Below are positions 23,568 to 36,616 of a stretch of DNA of 59,596 bases, one piece after another. The stretch spans positions 1-59,596 of the forward strand of contig JNEM01013760.1 of the NCBI GenBank assembly GCA_000697335.1, read 5' to 3'. The notes below the pieces were generated by a model. The model saw only the letters and a program-made list of their open reading frames with translations. It searched no databases and had not been told where the DNA came from. Positions within the stretch are counted from its first letter, which is position 1; each line of letters starts with the position of its first letter. Origin of the DNA: Conidiobolus incongruus B7586. Taxonomy: Eukaryota. A program made the position numbers and the translations under genes.

Positions 23568-26500
23568 TTAAGTCTGGGGATTCAATTTTAACTTAATTTT
23601 AAATTTCTTGGGAGAACTTGGGGTTTCGCGGTGCGAAGAAGGAGGATGAGGTTTTTCGATGGGGGGTTTGTGATGTCGATGAGTATTAACAGATTCATCA
23701 GATTTGGGTAGTATTAATTTCACAATTAAAGATTTTCTACCACGATTAGACTCAACTCGTGATGGAGGACGGCTCTCATGGTGGTGCCTTGAAGCTGATT
23801 TATGATGATCTACTGACTCTGGACGACCCTCAAGTCGACGCTTAGAAGCTGATTTATAGTGATCTATAGGATCTGAACGATCTTCATGACGCTGGTTAGA
23901 AGATAATTTATGATTCTCCATAAGATCTGAATAGCTTTCGTGGCGCTGTCTAGAGGATGGTTTATGATGATCCATTGGTTCTGAACGACTCTCGTGGCGG
24001 TTTTTAGAAGATCTATGATATTCTTTCGAGTCTGGATGATGTGGTGAAGAACGTTTCTTATGCTCTGGTTCGCGCAATTGATCAATAGAGCGAGAGCTAA
24101 TTGGTTTGTGATGTGAAGATGTTAATTTTAATTTGGGGATTTTTCCGGAATCTGATAAATATCTAGTTGGACCATTGGCAAGAGAAGAAGTATCTGGAAG
24201 ACTTCGAGGAGAGTCGATAGATAAATTCGTTGAACTTGATAACTTGGGCTTCTTTTTTGGTTTAACTTCTGTTGGTTGATCAAGTCCATGTTTACTAAAA
24301 TTACTCAAAGGTTCAGATTGGTGTCTATCTCTATGTTCATGTTCTGGTGCGGGTATACTTTCGATATCAACATTAATATTTTCTTCTTTAATATCATGAC
24401 GTTTAGAAATATGAATATCAGTAGGCAAGGACTTCTTAGTTCCAATTTCGGATGCATCATGTTTGGATGATTTTTTAGTTTGTTTTTCTTGAGATTGGGA
24501 ATGAAGTTCTTTGGAATTTGTTTGTGAACCAGTTGATTTAATAGAATCAGGTAATTTTCTTGAACCATTTGGATGAATTGGTGCTGGTTCTTTAATTTTA
24601 CGTGACTCAACGGAAGCTGGTTTATTAAAAGGTGGATTGACAATGACAGGGTCGAATACAGCATCATCAATATCATAAACACTCCAATCAGGATCAGGAA
24701 TATCTTCGACTTGTATATTATTTTGAGATTTTATACCATTGAACTCATGTACACCGTTGGGATTTATATCCAGGCTCACTGATGATTCATTAATTTCCAT
24801 AGGAATACGAATTTTGAATAATGAAAAGTCCAGTGTCTCACGTTTTGAATTACTCGGAATCAGTTTACAAAGAGTAAAAAGGGCATTGCGAACTCGAAGG
24901 TCTGTGTTTGGATCATGAAGCTTTGACCATGCAACTGCTCTTAATTTTTCATCATGGGGAAAAAGAACAGGAGTATTTGGAGCGATATAACCGCCTTCTT
25001 CTAACAGATCAAGATAATTCTGATCAATAAAATCGGAATGATCCTCATTTTGAGATGGATCGTTTAGTCGGACATTAATTAGTGCATAAGTACGATTGAG
25101 TTTTTGAATTAAATAATATCTCATTTGAGGTTCAGGATCACTAGAAATCGTGCTAAATACATAGTCAAAAATTGATGCATTCAGCAGACCACCGAGCAAT
25201 AGAATAGCATCAAATGCAGCATATCTTACATGGATATAGTTTCCATATCTAGATAATATTAGGTCATGTTTAACATTTTATGTTTAAAATATACCTAGTA
25301 TATTTCAAAAAGAATACCAAATCAAGTGGTATAATCCTCTTTAGAGATAACTTGGTGAACACCTGTTAATGTGAATTAGAAATAAATAAGAAAAATGTGA
25401 ATAATAATATTTACTTGAATACAGCTGACAGTGATTGAGTTGTGGTATGAAGGTATTACTCTGTCGATAGTATTATACCTCTTTAATTCCTCAAGAAGGG
25501 ATGTGCATACAGCATCTAATCCGTTCAAATGACTAGAGCATTTAGACTCAATGATAAATCCAACTGCAATAATTAAGGAACTAATGTAAAAATTATCTGA
25601 ATACTAGAGATATTTTTATATAAATAAAAGTCAATAAGCTTGGTTAAAAATAAACTTACTGAATTGCTAGAATTATCATTCATTTTTAATAGTTCCAAGA
25701 TCAAGTTGATAACAACAGAAGGAGCTTCATTATAGTCATCACGAACTTGAGATAATGCTAGAATAATAGACTAAAGAAATTAGACCATTAAAAGTGTAAA
25801 TGTGAAATATTATACTTTTTGAACAAAATATTCAGATAAATTAGAAAAGTCATTAGGTTTCAACACGAAACGATCCAATTCTTCACCTTCATTAAGAATA
25901 TTACAACAATATTTGCGATGAAATATTTTCAAAAGATGGTATAGGCCGATATTATTGAATCTGGATTTTGCGCACTATAAGAATTTATGAGGCGATTAAT
26001 TTCTAAATATATATTACAATGCTTACATATATCAAAGCATGCGCTGCTTCTCCTCTTACTCGGTAATAGCATTGGCTATTCATAACTGTGCGAAGTAAAG
26101 TTGTGGAACATGCGGCAGAGGGCAAATTTTTTAATGCTTGAACAGCCTAATGATATGAATAAATAAATAAATATTAAACTGAATATATAATTGAACTTAC
26201 TTCATATTGAGAAACTACGTCACGATCTTTTTCCAGTTGACCAGCCCACATGTGATCCGGTTGATCAAGGGTAATTTCAGAGATCCATTCAAAATCAGAA
26301 TCCATACGAATCCACTCAAAAGTTGCGCTACAAAAGTTAAATATTTTGAAATATACGCACAATTCAATTATGTCATTTACCTAGCTAAACTTTCTTCATC
26401 ATCTTCACCCCACTCAACAATTTGCCATTCCTCTTTTTCTTTTTCGTTTCCTTCTTCAGCCAGAAATAGATCGTCTACTTCCGCGTTATCTACATCTAAT

Positions 26501-28784
26501 TGATCTTTAACAATGGCTTCAGCAGCTGCTGCGGCTTGTTTTCGAAGTTGGAATCTTTTGGTGTTTCTACGAATACGCTTATATTTAGTATTAAACTGAA
26601 CTTCAAATTTCTTTTCTGGCTCTTGGATATCAAGAATATGTTCATATGGTGTTCCATCTGCTTCACAAATACAGGCCGTCATGTAGCCAGTAAAGTATTT
26701 TGTTGGTTTCACTATTTCAAGCCAAGCTTTATCTTCTTGATTAATACCATCATTTGTGGTTGTTTGAGTCATATTGATTTCAACAACCATCTTTTTTCTA
26801 TTAAAAGAATAAGTAAAGGTAAATTTTGGACAACCGCTTCCATAGATCCATTGTTCTGCAAAGGATTTAAAATCAACTTTACTCATTTTCCTACAACATT
26901 TTAAGAACCAGTGAGTACTAAGAGAATTTCCAACTCCAAATTCTCCACTCATGGTTGCTCTTATTATTTCCGGTATTACCCTAAATAGCCCGTGGGATTT
27001 ACCACTTTTAACCATTTGCTTATTGATCATATATAAGACGATTGGAGCTTTAAGGTTCATAAAATACAAATCTTCTGGATCATATGGACAAGTAATTAAA
27101 GCGTTGCATAAAGGCGGGCGGTTGGAGTCGAGTTGGCATACTCTTATCATATCCTATAAATTATTAAGTTATTATTATAAATAAATATTGCAGTTTAAAT
27201 ACCATTTTCAATCTATATCGATATTCATTTATTCCAAAATGTGATTTTAAAAATAAAGAATTCATGAACCCACTTAATCCCAGAATTAACCAAATATCAG
27301 AGCTATAAAACATAGTAAACATCATTTTAATATGATAGACAATAAAATAATTATTTTACCATAGTTTTGGAACGACATTGACACCAAACCACTGTGTAGC
27401 CAAAGCGAGACCAATGGCTCTCCGTGTCTCATAAGCTTGATCAATAATATCTTCTGAGAATAAAAAATTGAGACCAAGGATTGCAACCTCTGCACCAATA
27501 CTAATTGAAGAATATGAAGTTTCCAAAAACACAAGTTTGAATGAATCGAAAGGATATGAGCCAAAATTATTAATGTAGAAGCTCATAGCTTTGCTGACAA
27601 TCTCACTTGAGTTCTTAAGCTCGTGTTTCCATCCTTTAGGACAGTATGCAACAACAGCTTTACTCATATCAAGTGTTAATTTCTCATTTGAGTCGGTTTG
27701 GGGTGCATATCCTTCCATTTCACCAAAAACGATATTTTCAAAATCTCCAATTGCAAACGATAATAGATATGCAGGACATGGAAAAGATACATAATATTTA
27801 TAAATTATCCTATTTGGGTCATGAGGATGAGTTTCCTGTCCTATTAGTTCCCCTGAGGCTATTACAGATAATCTTGATTTTGATAAGTCTGCTTCAGGTT
27901 GCGTGACTACAAAATTCATTTCCCAAGTACATCGTTCATGCATATCATCAATACACGGAAGCCAACATCTAACATCCCCGGGCCCTAAGTGATTGCTTGT
28001 ATAGAAATAAGAGGATTTCTAGTATACCATTAATTTTTTGTTAAATTAAGTTTTAAGATATTCAAATTACCTGAACGTCTGATTCTCTCCCATTCGATGA
28101 AAATAGAACACCAGTCTCAGGTGAATTAACTAAGTATTCAATTTGAACTAATAATGGCACTGGGGAAACTCCTTCAATAGAATTTAGTAAGTTTTGAAAT
28201 TAAAAATATAATATCGAATTTACCAGTTGGATTAGTCACGTTAGGAGAAAGATGCTAAAAGGTATTAAGGTTAATAAATAAATAGAGAAATTAATATAAA
28301 AGATGTAATACCATATTTAAATTAACTTCAGGAGGAATTAAAATCACTAATTCCCCATGATCTCCACTCGCTTGAGCCAAATCATATAATTTTTTAAAAG
28401 AATAATAACAATTGGGGGAAGCTTTAGATAATTCTACAGAGTTGCAGAGCTCAAAACAAGGGTCATATCTATCATATTTAGCTTTTATTCCGTTAATTTT
28501 AACATTAAGTATATCTTAAACAAATTAAAAATTAGATTGAAAAAATAATTTAACTGAATAAAAATTTTACCAGCTTTTTTAACGTTTAATCTTATAAATT
28601 GTGCTTCAATAGTATTAAAATAAATCTGTAATTCTGTAAAACCCTGGGATTTAAAAGTTTAATAAATTAAATTATAAAAGGAATGGGAAAGAAAAATTAC
28701 CAAAATGACTCTTGAGTTCATATCAATATCGAGAGTGAGTTTTTGATGATGCAAGTAAAACATTTTTGATTCTTCTTTGTCCAT
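23568..28784 (-). CDS. TAF2: TFIID subunit 2 (aminopeptidase-like fold), about 15 exons
   Basis: Starts MDKEESKMFYLHHQKLTLDID. TAF2 signatures include WLPCIDDMHERCTWE, FGSYPFDSFKLVF, LATQWFGVNV, FMNLKAPIVLY, FAEQWIYGSGCP, FEVQFNTKYKRIRR and FEWIRMDSDFEW...QLEKDRDVVSQYE. Long low-complexity last exon. Confidence 0.95.
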
Positions 28785-28905
28785 TTTGATTAATTTATTT
28801 ATATTTAATTAATAATATTTATGATTGTTCTATTCATTATGAAATTCAATCGTCCAAGACGCAATTTGAATGCAATATTTATAATCAATATTTTTCATTT
28901 TAATT

Positions 28906-28913
28906 TATGGGAT
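28906..28913 (-). promoter_or_regulatory. ATCCCATA motif upstream of TAF2
   Basis: TATGGGAT on the plus strand, about 125 bp upstream of ATG 28784, in sense orientation. Confidence 0.6.
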
Positions 28914-29552
28914 TACTTTTATTCTCATTAATCCAAATTTGGCATTGATTAAATGCTAAATCTTTAAATATAGGTTGAATATCTACTGTATAATATTGTT
29001 ATATAAATATAAATATTTAATTATGATATATATTAAAATTAATATGGTAAACTAATTATAATTAGAGTATGATAATTTTCAATTTTAAATAAAAGATATC
29101 ATAAATAAATCTTTTATCTCATAAAAGCAAAATATATTATATAAAAATATATATCTATAAAAATTGTTAATATCAGCTTGGTAAATAAAATTAGTAATTT
29201 TTGTAATCTTTTTTTCAAATAATTTATAACATAATATATGGTTATGTAATTTAGATATTTTTTAATAATTTTATTAATAAAACAAAGTAGTATAAGAAAT
29301 CCCAAACATTATATCATAACGATTAAATTAATCAAAAGTAGTAATATTAAACTGATTTTTAAGAGATTAATTATTTATTTCATTTTTTAAATATGATACA
29401 AGATTAAGATTAGATAATAAATTAAAACGTGGATTTGATTATTAACTCTCATTAAAAATGATCTAGACATTTTTTGTTTTCAATCGATATAGACCAAGTA
29501 TTAATCATTATTGATTGAAAAAAAATAAGCCCAATTATTAGAATGAAAATCA

Positions 29553-31529
29553 TTAAATAGTTCTAATAGGATAGATATCTTGTGTAATTGCTGGAGAGTA
29601 AACCAATCCACCGAGATTGTAGAGACCGGAGGATTCTAACCCACCGGTGAGTGGTGTTTCGGGGAATTTGTCATCATCAGAGCTGCAGCTGATGTCGCCA
29701 ACAATTATTTTTAGAGGATTTGGTTTTGAGCATTTGGCGAATTGAATTGCTTTGTTAGCAATATTAGATGGCTGAGATGAGCTCAGTTTCTCAAGTTGTT
29801 CGGTATAATCCTTTAAGCTTTCTGCTAAAGATTCAAATTGATACATGAGGGAAGGATCTGGATTGGAGGAATAAGATTTAGAGCATGAAAGGATCAGTTT
29901 GATATTCTTAGAAATGGAAGATCTCAAATTATTTAGTTTGGCGATTTCCTCCGAAGAATGAACTTCGTTTGAATCCTTGATATCTCCTAACTGCTTTATG
30001 ACTGGATGATAAGAAGTGATGACCCTTTGTGTGACAGATAGGACCTGCGATGATTTCTGGGATTTAACTGCATACAACAAGTCATTAATGCAGCTTTTCA
30101 ACTGATTTAACTCAGAATTTGGTATTTTGAAATATTCTGAATTCTTAGCTTGTTTTTCGATATCAGCTGCTTTGACTAAAATAAAAAATAAGAAAGATAT
30201 TTAAAATGATCTTACAAATATATTACCATTCATTTGTGGCTCTTGATCGGTAACTGATTTCTGAGATTCCTAAAATGAATCTTATTAATTGTATACTCTT
30301 ACTTTTTGATAAATTAAATTACCTGTTTGATATTATTTACATTAGGTATATTTTTAATTTGATTCGGGTTCACTCTCTTTAACTCAGCTTCCAATTTTGA
30401 TATTTTCTTTTTGAGTTGTTTTTCGCTCTTTTTTAGCTTTTCATTATCCTTTATGACTCAAAAATTAGAAATGAAATAGTTGGAATTTGGATATAGTATA
30501 CCTCTGTTAACCTTTTATTTATCTCGATAATTGATAGTACTTCTTGTGTATCAATGGATTGTGGTTCTTTAATTCCAATAACACTCTATAATTATATATT
30601 AGCAATTCGTTTATATATTAAAATATCAGCAACATACCTTTAGAGCTGTTTCTAATTCTTTAATTCTTTGATATGCTACCCGGATTTGAGCTTCGGAAGT
30701 GTATAATGAATCAGCTTGACTGTTCTTAAGCTTATCCTATAAATTGACAACATAAATAATATGCCATATTAAGGGATAATTTCTTGATTTACATTCTTAT
30801 TACTGTTATCCAATAAACTATCAAAGGCAGAGTGCAGCGTGTCATCAGAGTCTTTTTGTTTAACTTTTTCATAATCAGGTATTTTTCTAGATAAAATGTT
30901 TGGAGAAATATCTGATACGATTTCGCCATCTTGATTGAAGGAAGCACTTAATACAGTGATATTGGGATCATATTTTTCGATGGACTAAATATAAAATGTA
31001 AGGTTATCAGTTTTATCAATACAAATGATGGTGATTCTTACATCCATTAAGTTTGGATACTTGGATTTGAACACTTGAAGCAAGTTGCTTGCTAGTGTTC
31101 TGAATGATTTTGCATCAATATCTGAAATATATCTCTTTCCAAATACATCGTTGCTGATTAAATGATCTGTTTTTAAATACACTAAATACTTAGATTAATG
31201 AAACTTGAATTGCTGATTTAATTATGAAACTCACTGGTCAATAGACCTTCTTTCCTTCGGATAATTTCCAAGCTGACATCTTTCAATAGGAGCTGAAGTT
31301 GCTGGGATGAAAGTTTGATGAGATGTGGTGTAAAAGTTTGTTCATTTTCGTGGACTATATCATATAAATCATGGTTAATAAACTGAATATTACTGGATGG
31401 ATAGTTATTACCTAACGGCTGTGTTTTTAAAAATGCCTGAACACTCCTGTAATAATTCAAAAAACGATCCATTTCAGGCTCAAAATTATCTAGCTGATTG
31501 TTGTTCTGCTTGTCTGAAGTATTGGACAT
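29553..31529 (-). CDS. Spa2/GIT-like polarity scaffold, multi-exon
   Basis: Two SHD-like repeats (LIKLSSQQLQLLLKDVSLEIIRR and ISDIDAKSFRTLASNLLQVFKSKYP), then coiled-coil exons and a helical C-terminal domain. Exons 1 and 2 splice in frame (intron 31234-31182). Confidence 0.6.
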
Positions 31530-33418
31530 GAAAGTGAGAGAAATAGGGGGAATATAGATATTAAGTACTATATGAGTGGGTGGTGTTGAGCGAAGGTTTC
31601 AGTTCCAAAGGATGAGTTGACAGAAGTTAAAAATTCATTAAATTGTACAGGTTTACCTAATTTATATTATTTGGCTATCTCAAGCAGATTACCAAAATTT
31701 GTACAGATTGAATTTGGCTGACACAATTAATTTCATCCGCAATTTTTACCTCCATATTGTCTGAAATATTTTGATAGCTTTATTTTTAAAGTGAATCTAT
31801 ATAGTAGATCATTTCATCATGCTAAATAGTAAATAATTTTATAATGATTGGTTAGCCTTATATCAAATCATTTATTAAATATAGATATTTTATGAACTCA
31901 TTCAGCTTAAAAGATTTTATATTAAATTTAATGCAAACGTTAAATGAAAATTGGATTAAGATTTAACAGTGTACTAATTAAATGCGTAGATCATATTTCT
32001 ATTAATCTAACATCTATAATTTAACCGTTCGAGTGTAGTATATCAAATAATAATTAAGGATTCTTTACCTGTGCATTTACCTTTAGTATTAAATTTTGAA
32101 GGATATTTAAACCTTAGATTATCAAAATTACACTTATTTTAACATTCTCATTATTAAATTAAATTTTCTTTTTAAATAACCAATTTATTTAATTTAGCGG
32201 TTTTCTGGTTACAAAATAGATTGCTATTAATTTTTTATTCGATATTTATATTAATAATTGGCGTTATCATTGATTTTATTGTTTAATTTGTTTTTTTTGT
32301 TTTTATTTATTATTGTTTTAGTATTATAATTGAAACTAATAATGTCAAAATTGATCATTTAATTATAAGGAGTTGAAATTTATTATAAATGTGACAAATT
32401 AAGAATTTCGGAATGAAATCGAATGCACTGGGTTGATTCATTTCAGGCAAAATAATGATTAAAAATAATAAGTTCCGAAGGTTTTACAATTAATAGGCTT
32501 TTACTAGTTATAATCAATTGAATTAAAAATAATATGACTTGATACTTATATAAAATTATTCCTTCACTGTAATGTCGTCTAATTTTATTATTAATAATAA
32601 TATCTAAATAATCATTTATAATATTTCTCAGTATTAGATTTAAACAGGTAAAGTTTTATTTATTGCTGTTTAATACCAATTATAAATTCAAACTATTCTT
32701 AATTATGTCAAATTTGAAGAATAGACAATTAACTTATTATCAACTGCTTGGTATTAGAAATATTGAAAAATATATTTGTTCATTGAACTTTTTATATAAA
32801 AATGAATATTCAAAGTAGGTTTGTCATTCAATCAATAACCTTCCTCGTTTCGTCATTATAATTAATAAAAATTTGGAATTCAATTTAATTAATGACCATA
32901 GATATATTGTTGTATCACATAACGAATTGATAAAATGTATATTATTTCTTCTATTCATTAATAATAAATTTGAATGAATCATTATTAAGACACAATTTAG
33001 ATCGATAGTATTAATCTTTGGTGTAAATAGTTGTAAATATCTAATTTCAATTAGTTGGCAATTTGTATAAATAGTAAAGATTTAATTCACACGCCAGCAA
33101 GTTGTTTATATTGTACATATATTTCCAGTTAAAATTCAGTGTAATGTGATACTAAATAACCTATAAAATATTCAAAATTAATCAATTTTTAAGAGAATGA
33201 TATTATATAAATATGATTTATTCTTCTTTTATAATTTATTGAAATTGAAATTTTATTGGATTAGTTAATTTAAGTGAAATTTGCTAATTTCAACAATGTT
33301 TTTATACTAAGAAATGTTTATAATTAATTATGCTAATATTATCTAATCTATTTATAGTAATATTCAAATCAGTTTTCATAATTCAAAATTTCAATTATAA
33401 TTTAACATTAATTGGTTA

Positions 33419-33426
33419 ATCCCATA
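33419..33426 (+). promoter_or_regulatory. ATCCCATA motif upstream of the GPI1 pseudogene
   Basis: Exact motif starting 71 bp before ATG 33490. Confidence 0.55.
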
Positions 33427-33489
33427 ATATTTTATAATCCGATTAGAAGATTTTATCAAACAAGTTCCTTTAGTTATAAAATCAATAGA

Positions 33490-35500
33490 ATGACATATTT
33501 TAATAAATTTTATCTACCAAAACTCCATATAAATACCTCAATCAATTTGTCAATGCGCTGGTATTTTATATAATTAATTTAATATTTTAATATGATTTTT
33601 GGATGTAATGGTATTTACTAAACATATTATTTAATTTCCATATTATTCATATGATATTAGAATGAAAATAAATTGAATGAAAGCATTCAAATAGATAATA
33701 AATGGATAAAGTATTATTTAAAACAACCTTACGAGTTCAATTTATTGGAAGAATTATTATCTATTAATAGCAAAAACATTAATCATAACAACATTATTTT
33801 ATTCAAAGAATATAAGCTCAAAGTTACAAGGTAAATCGATATTAATAATTATCATTGAACATTAAAACCAAGGATTCTCTCATTAATCCTGATAATTTCC
33901 AGCAATTTTATTTCAATTTACCCCATTTATATTCATTAAATTCTTACTATGGAAAGAATTAAATTTAATCAATCATCCTAGTCAAAAGAAATGAATGTTC
34001 ATGTAAAAAGTACATATATAGTAGAATTAGATATTGATTTTAATCAATTGATTCAGTTGGTAATCGATATATTCCATTATCATTATATTCATTAATTATA
34101 TTTTTTAGATTATCATATATTCTATGATTCAACAAAAAATTGAAAATAAATCAATTACCCAAATTGAGCAATCTAACAATTTAATTCCATTACAATTTCC
34201 TATTTTTCAAAATTTAGGTAAATCTTTAATCCATTATACTTATAGTTATAAACATAGCATTTTGATTTACAGCAAATCAATTAAACTTTCGTCTTAATCA
34301 ATTCAACGTTACATTGAAGGATTATGAATCAAAACATATTTATTATTATTATTATTATTCTAATCAATTTAAGTTCATAAAATTAGTATAAAATGTTTAT
34401 ATTTTTATATGTTTATAATATATCTTGGTTTAGTATATACATGATCTTATTCGGTATCATATTTGATGATTTAATCGGCTACTGTTTAAATAATCATAAA
34501 GATTATCTCATTCGATTGATTATTCATTTTGTCAATGAATATATGCTGAAACTACCTCAAGAGATTGTGAATTGGCTTAGGGAATATCCCGTGAAACCGA
34601 TATTGAATAGTAAATTGGTACATTTCTTAAGTGAGTTATTCTCTTGGCTTACTATTAACTGGAATAGTAATTTTTTGACATATTTTAGTAATTTGGTGGT
34701 TAAATAATGATTGTTAAATCTTATTTTTAAATTCTTTAAAGCCTTATTGCTACGATTTAATCAAAGCTATTGGTCTATTTGGATTTTTTGGTCTGAGTCT
34801 TCGATTGAGCTAATCGTATGCTATCCTATCAATCAGTTTATTATACATCTTTTGATTCTATCTAGTCCCTAGAAAAATTACTTATTGGCTTTGAACTATT
34901 TTCAACTCTCTTTATATTACCTATTCCTATGTATTATCTTATAATAATATAGCTTTATTTGATATTTATAAATTTAAAAGGTAAAATGTGGAACCAGTTA
35001 AGACAGAGAGTTGATTTGTTTGATTATCATTTAGATCATAATATTAATGGTTCTATTTTATTCAACTTCTTAACCTTTTTATTCCCTTTAATTTTCATTT
35101 ATTTAACTAATTTCACTATGGTAATTGATAATTTATTTCAACTATGATATATATATATATATTCAATTTATTTGATAAATTTAGAGCTAGATATTAGTTT
35201 TCTGGATTCAGGGTATTTTTAAATTATTCATTAATCTCTTAAATTTTTTACCAATAGGGAGTTATTTTTCAAGATTTATTCTTCCTCAAAGATTTTATGG
35301 TAATTTTATCTTAATTATTTTATAATATCAATTTAATTAAAGTATAAAATTTTGTTTGATAAATATAATTAGGTTAAGTTATCAAATAGACCAAATGAAT
35401 CAAATTAATACTGTCTATTTAATAAAGGTAATTTGTAAGTTTTAATTGATTTATAATATTAATTTATGTTGTAATAGTCGAATTTTTGTAAATATTCCAA
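33490..35500 (+). pseudogene. GPI1: GPI1/PIG-Q (GPI-GlcNAc transferase subunit) pseudogene; 3' end approximate
   Basis: NWLREYPVKPILNSKLVHFLSELFSW resembles WL..WPAGLKLN..L..FL.ELF.W, and GKMWNQLRQRVDLFDYHLD...GSILF resembles GKK.NVLR.RIDS.DYDLDQLLLGTILF. The intervening homologous exon has in-frame stops at 34811 (TAA), 34853 (TGA) and 34892 (TGA). Confidence 0.75.
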
Positions 35501-35635
35501 GTTTAATCAAAATTTAGTTTATATTTCGAGTAATTTCATTCATAATTATTTTAACATAATTATTGCTAAAAAATATGTTAATTGAGATCTAATAAATAAT
35601 ATATAAAAATAAACAATATATTTTTTGGTCAAAAG

Positions 35636-35708
35636 TACTCCCAATAGGGATTGACCTGTGAACTTGGCGTTATTAACACCACGCTCTAACCAACTGAGCT
35701 ATGGGGGC
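35636..35708 (-). tRNA. tRNA-Ile(AAT), degenerate and probably a pseudogene
   Basis: Minus strand reads GCCCCCATAGCTCAGTTGGTTAGAGCGTGGTGTTAATAACGCCAAGTTCACAGGTCAATCCCTATTGGGAGTA. D arm/A box and anticodon arm (AAT) are intact. The T-loop/B box is damaged (GGTCAATC instead of GGTTCGATC) and the acceptor stem has a C:A mismatch. A TTTT tract follows. Confidence 0.85.
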
Positions 35709-35718
35709 ATCTGCATCT

Positions 35719-36252
35719 TGTCACGGCTATTAGCTCTTCGAGTGTCATCGTGGACACTGACACAGCCATTGTGTAGACCAAGTTGTGAAGCATGGCACCT
35801 ACCAGCTGGGGTAAACTACCGATGATTAGTTCCCTGGCTATCCGGCCGTGATAATTTGTAAACGGGGCGTTGAAAAGAGTGACTGAACCAGTGGCAGCAG
35901 TGGTGGTGTGAGCATCCGGCATACTAAGGGGACGGAATAACAAAATTTCAATGGGAACGAATGTAGAGTAAATAATGGAAGATGACTTAAGTGGCGCTAT
36001 AGGCGGCTACTTGAGTATACTAAGTGGATGGCTTTTGGAAGCAGGGAAAAAGGTTTAGTTGTAAAAAGAAGACAGAAAGTCCTCCTTAGAATTTAGTGAA
36101 AAAAGTGTTGGCATAAGTATGATACGACTGAGAATAGTGAGATCACTCGGATGTGGGGCTGGTAAAATATTAATATGATCTAATTTAATTAATCAGGGAC
36201 TTGGTAGTGATTTTGGGTGATAAATGGTATCAATCAGGCAACAATTGCTACA
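35719..36252. mobile_element. Solo LTR (534 bp) with 5-bp target-site duplication
   Basis: Begins TGTCACGG at 35719 and ends TGCTACA at 36252. Flanked by CATCT on both sides (35714-35718 and 36253-36257). Much more GC-rich than its flanks. Confidence 0.85.
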
Positions 36253-36616
36253 CATCTTCAATGAATAAGGATACATTAGTAGGCATCATTTACAATAATT
36301 CTATTTTTTCTGTTGAATTATTCATTATCCTGATTGTTTATATCTTTTTCTCTCACTTATTAATATTTATATTAGCCTCAAATTTGAATAATATTTAAAT
36401 TTCATATATTACTTACTCAATTTCATAACTTTTTATTTTTTCATTATATTTTATTAAATATTTTTATACAATAAGCTTGATCGAAATATCTTTTCTGAAA
36501 ACTATCAAAATTAATAATATATAGATCAAAACATCAATTAATTGGATTTTATTATACAAGGAAATAATATATATAAACTTCAAAAATATTTTGACAAAAA
36601 CCATTGTATGGGTTAG

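Noticed and set aside
34811..34894. Alternative genetic code explaining the in-frame TGA/TAA codons
   Set aside because: Intact genes in the window use TGG for Trp and end in TAA, TGA or TAG; internal stops occur only in decayed sequences.
35686..36398. 85-aa and 65-aa ORFs
   Set aside because: They overlap the solo LTR and the tRNA and have no protein features.
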